Program-made: the position numbers and the translations under genes
Origin: Sporopachydermia quercuum
Lineage: Eukaryota
Assembly (NCBI GenBank): GCA_001599295.1
Contig: BCGN01000004.1
Location: 1,365,676-1,429,675, forward strand
Reading direction: 5' to 3'
Length of the DNA: 64,000 nucleotides
The notes under the pieces: model-generated
Database searches by the model: none
The model's input: the letters and a program-made list of their open reading frames with translations, nothing else
What the model was told of the DNA's origin: nothing
Shown: positions 38,701 through 47,759 of the stretch, piece by piece
Layout of the letters: each line of letters begins with the position of its first letter
Position numbering within the stretch: the first letter of the stretch is position 1

Positions 38701-39010
38701 TGGCCGTTGAGGTTTTCCTCGGTACAGTAGCATTATCTGAGTCTGATGATTCATTAGAATCTGATAAATCAGAATAAGGGGGAGGAATTGAGGATTCCTC
38801 TCCTGATGATACATCGTAGGTCAAACTATCGTCAATATTACTATTCATGTGACTGCTGTTATTGAACATTTGAAAAGCTGATGATCTAGTTCCTGGTGGT
38901 ACTTTCCCACCTATTCTAGCAAGGCTGGAGTCTTCATCATCTGACGATGAGTTAGTACTCATTTCAGTTCCAGAACTTGAAGGGGAAGAGTTCAAATTTT
39001 GGGAAAACAT
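35751..39010 (-). pseudogene. Interrupted orphan reading frame (~1080 codons), no recognised homolog
   Basis: ORFs 38618-39022 and 36224-38506 share a frame and are separated only by one TAA (38618-38620). ORF 35751-36191 continues in the -1 frame, overlapping by a few codons near 36224-36246. Many N bases. Confidence 0.55.
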
Positions 39011-40065
39011 TTCAGTTACCAAATCATCCGATTATCGTTTGATATGTTTTATCTCTTCTATTTCTATACACATTTCGGGCTTCTGCCTTTGGTTATTCAA
39101 TATTCTATCACTTTTANACCAGTCAGATTACTTTATCGTATGGATATACTTTGGAGGGTTTTCTATTATCAGATTTATCTTCTTTTTGTATGGTTCTAAC
39201 TGTCTCATGAATATCAGCAGATCCAATGGGGATCAGGCACTTGTTCTAACACCTAGTCTGTACATACTTCTAACTACCCTAAGGTATTTATTGATTATAT
39301 GTACGATATGACGCGGTTTTTATCAGTATCAGAATGTTAAAATGCGTCCTGATTATAATCAAATNCATTCAGTTAGGCAACAAATAGTTATTTGCCATTA
39401 TTGATAGAAATCTGATGTAATCATCCAATGTTTACCGCTNATAACCTAACCGCAGGACAATAAATATTTATTTACTCAAAGCCAAAGCATAATACCATAA
39501 CTTTTTTGGAGAACTTCGCGTTTNCTTTTCATTGTTGTATTAGTTAGACTTTGTGTTAGGGGTTATGGGATGGAAAAATAAACTGATGGAGGGATGGGAT
39601 AAAGAAGAGAATGTCCTGAAGATACAGAAAGAGAGGCGGGACAGAAATGATTGATAAGAAAACGAGAATATTCATTATATATACTGAGAAGCCTTGCAAA
39701 TCTACAAATAAAATACTATGAACACGAGCTTGAACTGCAATAAGGGCGGATTGAGGTGAGTCAATCACTTCATCTGCACTTCTAGCGAGTCTTTCTTAAG
39801 TTTTGACTCGTATAAACACACCTATACACGCAACATCAAGTTATTCTTCTTCTCTTTTTCTTCCATTACTACTACTCTTTTGTCATCTGAAACACTTAGC
39901 ATCTTCTTCAAGCCCCTCTCTATTTTCAGTCTGTTCCTTCTAGCTCCTTCTTAATAAAATCAGTTTTATATACATTTTTCCACTTTCTTTGGAATCTGAG
40001 TTTCGTATAGCAAAGCAAATAAATAAGTCATTGCAAATATTATAAGAGATAATTATCAACAGATC

Positions 40066-43000
40066 CTATTTCAGTAACATTTTTTCTCCTAAAACTTCTT
40101 CAGAAATACTGATCAGTCGTTCAATACTAGCCAATCTCTTTGCTCCACTTGTTCTCTTCAGACTGTTCAAGCTTGGTTTGATGAATAATACCAGAACCTT
40201 CTTTTCAGAGCCTTTAGAAACATCCAAAAGCTTTTGGATCACATAGTTGGCATATTGATCTTTAATCATTTCATTCAAAGGAATAGGTCCAGATGATGAA
40301 GTGTATTCTTGCAATTTCTGTCCATCAAGTTTAACCAGTTCATCAATTGAGAGTTGTCCTTTATTTGAATCTGCACCTAAAATACTGTTAAGAATTCTTT
40401 TCCTCTGTTCTGCACTTCCATTCACAATACATTTCTCAACAACATTTGAAGCAAATTTATGTTTAGAAAAACTGAGCAAATTGTCGATCACCAACGATAT
40501 AATACGATCCTTATAGACCAAAATCATATCTTCTGTTCCCTCGGGTATTATTCTGGATTCAAGCACAGACTTTTTCTTGTTAGGGCTTCCATGTTGAATG
40601 ATATGTTGAATGACATAATTTCCATATTGATTGAGAATCAAATTGTAGCTATTCTTTATAACCTCATCTAAAATGTATCGCTGATCACTAGAGTTGTTCT
40701 CCACATATTCCAATAAACGTTGAACAATTCGACAACCATATGAATGAACAGATAACACATAAATTTGGCTCGCATCTTGAGGGCCATTCTTAACAGATCT
40801 ATTACTTCCTTGGGCTCCACCTTTCCCTCCAAACACTGTTTTACTTTCACCGCCACAATCTGGATTAACAAAACAATCAACAATAAACCTTATGGAATCC
40901 AAAGGAATCAGTTCAACTGCCTTCTGGATCACATGATTTCCATTTTGATCTTTTACACATTCTAACACATGTCCTTTCAATTCCATCACCATGGCAATTT
41001 TTTCTTTCAAGGAAACATGTTCAATAGCCCTCTGAACAACTCTACAACCATACATATGGAGACTTAATGCAAGGACATTACTTTTCATCTGTTCAACTAG
41101 AATAGCTCTGTGGCCTGCAGTACCGAGTTCGAAGAACTTCTGAATAACATAATTTCCAAACACTGATGTCATCAGTTGATATGAACTTGATTCTATCTCA
41201 CTAAAAACTCTTTGTTTTTCTTCATCCGTAGCTGATTCCATCTCCTTTTGTATGAATCGAGATCCATATTGATCTGAACTGAACTCCAATACATGGCCAT
41301 AAAGGCTTTGCAAGGTATACCCATGATCTTTCACTGTTTTCAAATCTTCAAGCATTTGAACAGCAGGGGTTTTAGAAGCAGTTGACGAGTTTGAAGTAGA
41401 GTTACTATTGGGATTGAAATGTGAGCCATTGGATGGGTTTACACCACCGGTGGTAGCTAAATTTGGCTTATTGGTTCCAATTCCTGAACTAAAGTTCATA
41501 TGATTGCCAGTGCCATTTCTCCCAGCAATATTTCCTCGATATCCTTGCTTTTTGTTTGAATATGGAGAGCCCATAGCTGTATTTTGTCCATAGTTGAACT
41601 TACCACTTGGAAAAAATGGTACAGGACCACCGTCATGTAAGACGTTGGAAAAGTTGATAGATGATTGATGCACTTGCGAAGGTTGCACTTCTAAATTGGG
41701 GAGCGATGTTATCCCAGTAAAATGTGGTTCCGGTGACACAATATCACTTTCATTTGGTAGTTGATTTCGCAATAATCCTGCAGCTTCGCCACGAGAACCA
41801 CCGAGCACTACACTGCCAGAACGAAAGGATTCGTCAGTATGACCTGATTCTGACGAAATTCTTCTATCAAGAAATCCAGATGTGTTGGAATTTCTTCTTC
41901 CATCAATACTTCGCGCATCGCTTTGTCCCAGCGATCCTAGTCCTGAAACTACCCTCCGAAACGTGGTCAATTCATCTTTTGCATTCTCGTCTACACCTGA
42001 AAAACTGCTATGTGCAGAGCTTCTATAGCTGCCTAAACGATCACTTCCAATGAAACTAGATGGAAGAATAGCTGTACTGGCACTTCTATCACTACTTGAA
42101 GTAATGCTCGCAGGCTTGTCATGAGGGTAACCAAAGGGAGACTCGTTGCCAACAGAGGGGTTGAAATTGATATTCGTATGTTGGGGAGGTTCAGAAGTGA
42201 ACGAGTTTTCGGCAACTTCTGTTTGATCAATGATTGTAGCAAACTTTTCCAAGAAAGATGTTCTTGCTGTGCTGGGAGTTGCAGTTGTCGCAGTACTAGG
42301 AATTCCCCCTGAAAGGCTGCTGAATGGAGATTGAGATGGGCTATTCTCTAACCCATCAGAAGAGGAAAATGATCTTGACCTATCGGCTATGCTAGTATTT
42401 GAACTTCCAGCTGCAGATGGTTGATTCCATACAGTTGGGCCAGTGATTGGACCCCCAGAAGTAGATTTTGCCATTTGAGCAGACGTGTACGATGATTGTC
42501 CTGATGGTCCTATTGAATTGGTTGTAAATGAATAACCAAGCATTGATGAAAAGGCTTGACCTCCCGCTACTGAATTAGCTCGGCCGGATGTGGAGTTGAT
42601 GGTATTGGATGATATTGAAGATAAAAACGAGGTAGGAGGTGCTGAGGTATTTGAGTTGATCGTTGATAACAATGACCCACTCATTCTACGTGAGTTAGGA
42701 CCTTTTCCTATAGAACTTGTTTCTGAAGCTGTGTTCCAAATAGTAGAGTCGGGTAAAATTGCTGATTCATTATGTAAGTCTGAATAATGAGATACTATAC
42801 CAGTTAGTAAAGGTGGAAGTATGGTAAACGCAGAAAATAAAAATAGGAAGAAATAAAATAAGAATAATGAAATCTTTTGTAATATTCCTTCGTGTTTGTA
42901 ACGACAAATAGTCATGGTAACTAATTCTTTTGTCACGTATTTATTGTTGTACACATGAGCAAGACAAACACAAATATTAGCCGCTAATGTGATATATCGA

Positions 43001-43314
43001 CATAATGAAGGCCATTTTGTTGACGGATACAAGCAAGCAATAAGAAGTGATACCTGCAACAATAAAAAATACTTACAAATTGACTCTTCGGCAGAAGATC
43101 GTCTACTACCCAAGTATTGGCTGAACCGTGATCCTTCACTTCTGACGCTAAAGGTTTTGGTGGTCGTTCCTGCTGGATCAGCCACTAATGACGACCTTTC
43201 AGCATTATCAACACCAGAAACACTACTGTCTCTTGTTGCCTGGGGAGAAGTAACTGAGGACCACCAAGACGAGGATGCAGACCAACCCCAATCTTGTTGG
43301 GCTTCAGCTGACAT
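40066..43314 (-). CDS. PUF3: Pumilio-family mRNA-binding protein Puf3, probable intron 42795-43076
   Basis: Eight C-terminal PUF repeats (DQYGSRFIQ, FGNYVIQKF, YGCRVVQR, NGNHVIQK, YGCRIVQR, YGNYVIQH, FASNVVEK, YANYVIQK) with Puf3/Pumilio-type recognition residues. Intron signals GTAAGT..TACTAAC..TAG. Confidence 0.9.
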   Translation of the reverse strand: MSAEAQQDWGWSASSSWWSSVTSPQATRDSSVSGVDNAERSSLVADPAGTTTKTFSVRSEGSRFSQYLGSRRSSAEESICKYFLLLQVSLLIACLYPSTKWPSLCRYITLAANICVCLAHVYNNKYVTKELVTMTICRYKHEGILQKISLFLFYFFLFLFSAFTILPPLLTGIVSHYSDLHNESAILPDSTIWNTASETSSIGKGPNSRRMSGSLLSTINSNTSAPPTSFLSSISSNTINSTSGRANSVAGGQAFSSMLGYSFTTNSIGPSGQSSYTSAQMAKSTSGGPITGPTVWNQPSAAGSSNTSIADRSRSFSSSDGLENSPSQSPFSSLSGGIPSTATTATPSTARTSFLEKFATIIDQTEVAENSFTSEPPQHTNINFNPSVGNESPFGYPHDKPASITSSSDRSASTAILPSSFIGSDRLGSYRSSAHSSFSGVDENAKDELTTFRRVVSGLGSLGQSDARSIDGRRNSNTSGFLDRRISSESGHTDESFRSGSVVLGGSRGEAAGLLRNQLPNESDIVSPEPHFTGITSLPNLEVQPSQVHQSSINFSNVLHDGGPVPFFPSGKFNYGQNTAMGSPYSNKKQGYRGNIAGRNGTGNHMNFSSGIGTNKPNLATTGGVNPSNGSHFNPNSNSTSNSSTASKTPAVQMLEDLKTVKDHGYTLQSLYGHVLEFSSDQYGSRFIQKEMESATDEEKQRVFSEIESSSYQLMTSVFGNYVIQKFFELGTAGHRAILVEQMKSNVLALSLHMYGCRVVQRAIEHVSLKEKIAMVMELKGHVLECVKDQNGNHVIQKAVELIPLDSIRFIVDCFVNPDCGGESKTVFGGKGGAQGSNRSVKNGPQDASQIYVLSVHSYGCRIVQRLLEYVENNSSDQRYILDEVIKNSYNLILNQYGNYVIQHIIQHGSPNKKKSVLESRIIPEGTEDMILVYKDRIISLVIDNLLSFSKHKFASNVVEKCIVNGSAEQRKRILNSILGADSNKGQLSIDELVKLDGQKLQEYTSSSGPIPLNEMIKDQYANYVIQKLLDVSKGSEKKVLVLFIKPSLNSLKRTSGAKRLASIERLISISEEVLGEKMLLK

Positions 43315-45268
43315 TGAAGATGTAGTTGTACTTCGTTGTAGTTTATTGTAGTTTTGCTCACAATCTATGTATCTTAAACTAGGATGTTCTTAATAACAAC
43401 AAAACTACGCAGACGCGTGTCAGTTTCTTTCCTCGAGTTTGTTCTGACAAACCAGTTACTCCTTGTTTGTCCTTCGTACGTTTTATACCTTTTTCTTATG
43501 TCTTTCATATCTTCTTCATTTTATAATCTGAATAATGAATGGTTGATAAGAGAAAATATGGGTCCTAAGTATAATGGCTTATGTTCTGTCAAACGCGCGG
43601 GGGGGTTACACAAGCGTCGAAGTGAAAAACAAGGTTGGAAAACCTTATTTCACTGCAAATTAGTGGCTCCGGGGGTTGANCGCAAGATTAAAGGAGTAGT
43701 TGAAACAGATTTCACCGGGAAGCATTAATGGGAATTGCGTGGTGGTATTCAAATAAAAGCAGAGATAAGCAGAGGATTGTATCTCTTCAAATAGTTATAT
43801 ACAAAGATGAATAGACAAACTATTCAAGTGGAGATGAGATGTTCCTTCTCACAGAAGCGCAATACAAGTTGCCATTCTGATAGTAGGCTAACTCCGTCAT
43901 TGGCCTAATATGATTACATTCAATCATGTGACCTACAAAAGACTAATGTCAGGAATATGCAAGATTAGGTAGAACACCATTCTCAGGATACAAAATCACG
44001 TACGATAATTAGGTGATGAGATGAGGGATAGAGACCTGTTTACAGCACAAAGAAACTGGGCGTTCTTTTTTTGGAAAGCCAGTTGTTATATGCTATCTGT
44101 GTTTACGATTGGCAATTGATTATGATGAATGAACAATGAGTAGTTGTGGAGAGAAAAACAAAATAGAAATGTTTTTCCCAGGTAACGTGATCCAGATCAT
44201 AAGATATACGAAGGACAGGATTGGGAAGAATTACGAACATGCAAGAAGAGATTGGTGATTGAAGAGGTAAATGGAGTAAATATTGAACGAATTAGAGCAC
44301 CGCATCCTTTCGAGGTCAGTCATGGTATAATCCATAAGCATGTTGTATCAAGTTAATTATTGATAACAACCACAGTTATTTTTCATATTGTTTTGGAGTG
44401 ATGTCATAGTAATTGTTTCATCCTAAGCAAAACAAACAGAAACTAGCTACGATATACATATTATACCGGATATTTGGCTTGTCATTTTTATGGGCCATAA
44501 CGCATGGATGCTAATCTAAATTGCACTTTAAAGACATATATACATTAGTAAATTATCATATGAGAGGTTGGCCTATGTAGCTATTTGTTGACAACTATTA
44601 AATAAATATCACCCCGTTGCACAGTAAATGCTCTTTGGTTACTACTGTCCGTATAGAACAATGACAGGAAATAACGGAACTCATAATATGTCCCAAGAAA
44701 GCTAGTTCTGTAACAGTAATACAACTAATTGATTTTTTCTTTCTTCCATATTACAGCAACCTAATAATCAGAACAAACACACAACCGATTCTATCACTAC
44801 AACCAAGCACAGATAGAAGAACATTTACATGCTAGTTGCTACTATTATTAACGTAGTCTAGTTCTCACTCGTCGCTTCCCTTATTGTTGTCCGGAACTAA
44901 TCTCCAACAATAGTGCTCGATTTCCCAATTTGATTTTTCTTGCATAAACCTGCGCAGTTCAGCATCTTAAATAATAAAAAAACAACAGATCACTATCATT
45001 TTTGATTATCAATTGATCCTATAAAAAGATCTGCTCCACGAATTTGTGTAAAAATTACATTACGAGTATCAGACAATAGAGTACTTAGTGCTCTAGATAA
45101 ACTGTACTTATCAGCCTCCGGAGAGGTATAGTCAACTTGAAATCATTTCAATACTTTCTATCAATGAACATCTATGGCTTTGCCATAGTCGCATATACAC
45201 AACTTCACAAAGATCAACGTTCAATAATAAGGGTATTCGGGTTGTAACGAAACAACCACCAGTGTACT

Positions 45269-47491
45269 ATGTTGATTCAGGAAAAGCATAAATTCTCGTC
45301 TATTGACTTGATTCGTTTTTTTGAGATCGAGGAGAAAAATGAAACTAATTATGCAATAACTTATTGGTTCCGCCAAGTCCTCAATACTGATGAAGAAGTA
45401 GCACCAGGTGAAAGTACTCTACAATTATTACAAGCTCTAACGGCTGAACAGACAGACCATTTATTATCTAATATTCTTGACCTGATAAGAGAATACTTTG
45501 CTGAAAAGACAAATCTACTTCCACAATTAACTTCCCATGCACCAAATGACATGTCAAATGAGCTGAAGATGATTCATCAAATCATTGCAGCTATAAGTAA
45601 ATATGAAAGTATTTGCTGCTATCCATTAAACTACATCTCCTTAAATGAACTGAATACAAGGCTATTTCAAAAGTTTCTGAAAACCCAAATGTGTGATTTT
45701 CTTCAAAAAGCGGAGATTCTGAAATACATACGACAATATCTTGAGAAGAGATCGTTTAATGCAGCTGATGAGACCTTATCACTAGTATTTCAGTATTTCT
45801 TTAGCATCAATTATGACAGTCCTACAGAGCAAATGATAAGTTCTTTGTGTCTAGCAAAGCTAGAAAAATATGTCAGTCAGTTTTCTGGGATAAGAGATCA
45901 AGAAGTTCTACCGAAAATATACGAATGGATTGAAAATGAACTATCACCAGCTGCGCTTAAATTCTTACCAGTATCACAGAGAAATGACTATGGTTTAATC
46001 AAGGTACTGTTTTCTCTTGGAAGGGACTTTTTGTTTCAGTTGAGAACAATAGAAAGCTTTGAGGCTATTCTAGAATTTCCCGTGTCTCAAGTNGCTCTCC
46101 AGGAGTTTCGTAAATGTATATTTTCGGCAAACCAGAGATCACATTTAGTAACGGTCTTTCAGAGCTCATGCTATAAAAGGTTGCTGCATGCTGGTGTAAA
46201 CACAGTTGATATAATATCATTTTATATCTCCTGCATTCAAGCCTTTTTGATCATTGATCCTAGAGGTGTCCTACTTGATCGTGTATGTAGGCCGATAAGA
46301 AAATACTTGAGAGATAGAGACGATACAGTCCATCTTATTGTTCAAGGTCTACTAAGCGTGGATGGTTCGACAGATTTGCATATTCTGTCAGATTATCTTA
46401 TTTCAGGTTATAAAGCAAACAAAAACTGCAAAAAATATGAGCTGTTAGATATCCAAGATGATTCCCTGGATCCCGAATGGAATCCTGATCCAATCGACGC
46501 TTTACCTGATTTTCGAAAAGGAAGAGTTTCTGATATTATACAGAGTTTACTTTCTTTATATGACAGAAAAGATCTATTCATTGTTGAAATGATGAGTGTT
46601 GTAGCAGACAGGCTACTCAAAGTGCCCGACTATGATATCAATAGTATCTTAACATCTATTGATGCTTTGAAGACCAAATTTGACTCAAATGATCTTACCA
46701 CTCTAGATGTTATGATTAAAGATATTATCAATAGTAAGACTTTGGATACATCCATTCACAAAGAATCACCAATAGATAAACAGTTCCATTCGAGTATTCT
46801 CTCGCGGCTCTTCTGGCCTGTTTTCAAGAAGGAAAATGTATCATTACCAGAAGACATTCGGAATCAGATTTCAATTTACGAAGATCAATACTCAAAATTG
46901 AAGTCTAAAAGAAAACTTAACTGGATTACAAGTGTCGGGACAGTTTCTCTTAGTTTAGAATTACAAGATAGGACGCTTAAGTATATTGTTTCTCCAGATG
47001 AAGCTGCTTTGATTAATTTATTCGATGGTGAAGGTACCTCTTTTACTCTTCAAGAGCTCAGCAACAAGTTGAATTGCAAAGATTCAACAACACAAAGACT
47101 TTTGACCTTCTGGCTTAAAGAAGAAGTGTTATATTGGGAAAAAGACGCCTCGACTAATATAGAAAAAATTCATGTAGTAGAAAACTATGAAGAGTATCGT
47201 CAGAAGAGAAGTAATATTGCAAAGACGGGTGCAGGGCAGAGTAATAATAATGATTTGGCTCATAAAGATTTTATGGAAGAAATGGGCTCATACCTACCTT
47301 TTATTGTTGGTATGTTAACTAATCTAGGAACATTACCTTTGAATAAAATCCATTCATTTCTGGCTATGTTTGTTCCTAAAGAGTCCAATCCTTATACTGC
47401 AACAGAGAAACAATTAGAAGCGTATCTTACATATTTATGTGAGGAAGAAAAGTTAGAATATGCATCGGGAAATTATAGGCTTAAAAAATAA
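45269..47491 (+). CDS. APC2: Anaphase-promoting complex cullin-like subunit 2
   Basis: RLLHAGVNTVDII, IIDPRGVLLDRV.RPIR.YL..RDDT, W.PDPIDA, ILSRLFWP, and C-terminal FIVGMLTNLG. N-terminus uncertain. Confidence 0.93.
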   Translation: MLIQEKHKFSSIDLIRFFEIEEKNETNYAITYWFRQVLNTDEEVAPGESTLQLLQALTAEQTDHLLSNILDLIREYFAEKTNLLPQLTSHAPNDMSNELKMIHQIIAAISKYESICCYPLNYISLNELNTRLFQKFLKTQMCDFLQKAEILKYIRQYLEKRSFNAADETLSLVFQYFFSINYDSPTEQMISSLCLAKLEKYVSQFSGIRDQEVLPKIYEWIENELSPAALKFLPVSQRNDYGLIKVLFSLGRDFLFQLRTIESFEAILEFPVSQXALQEFRKCIFSANQRSHLVTVFQSSCYKRLLHAGVNTVDIISFYISCIQAFLIIDPRGVLLDRVCRPIRKYLRDRDDTVHLIVQGLLSVDGSTDLHILSDYLISGYKANKNCKKYELLDIQDDSLDPEWNPDPIDALPDFRKGRVSDIIQSLLSLYDRKDLFIVEMMSVVADRLLKVPDYDINSILTSIDALKTKFDSNDLTTLDVMIKDIINSKTLDTSIHKESPIDKQFHSSILSRLFWPVFKKENVSLPEDIRNQISIYEDQYSKLKSKRKLNWITSVGTVSLSLELQDRTLKYIVSPDEAALINLFDGEGTSFTLQELSNKLNCKDSTTQRLLTFWLKEEVLYWEKDASTNIEKIHVVENYEEYRQKRSNIAKTGAGQSNNNDLAHKDFMEEMGSYLPFIVGMLTNLGTLPLNKIHSFLAMFVPKESNPYTATEKQLEAYLTYLCEEEKLEYASGNYRLKK

Positions 47492-47759
47492 TGGCGATTA
47501 ATTACAATGGAAAAAGAGTAACGTATAGATATTACATTAATAACAGCATTTTTCAATTAATATAACTGAAACAACCACTGTAACATTTGTAATACCCAAG
47601 TTGATAACGGCTTTTTTACTTATCGTGAACATTATTGTGAAGTGGAAAACATAAAATAGCAATCATTAAAAGGCATATACATGCGTAAATACATCCAAAT
47701 AACTATAAGAGAATAACATAGCTTAATAATTCATCGCCGTAATATAACCAGAGGCTAGC

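Noticed and set aside
39011..39240. Further 5' extension of the orphan frame through two more TAA codons, and a RIP-like CAA-to-TAA origin for the stops
   Set aside because: Stop density is not clearly below random for this short stretch, and RIP is not known in Saccharomycotina.
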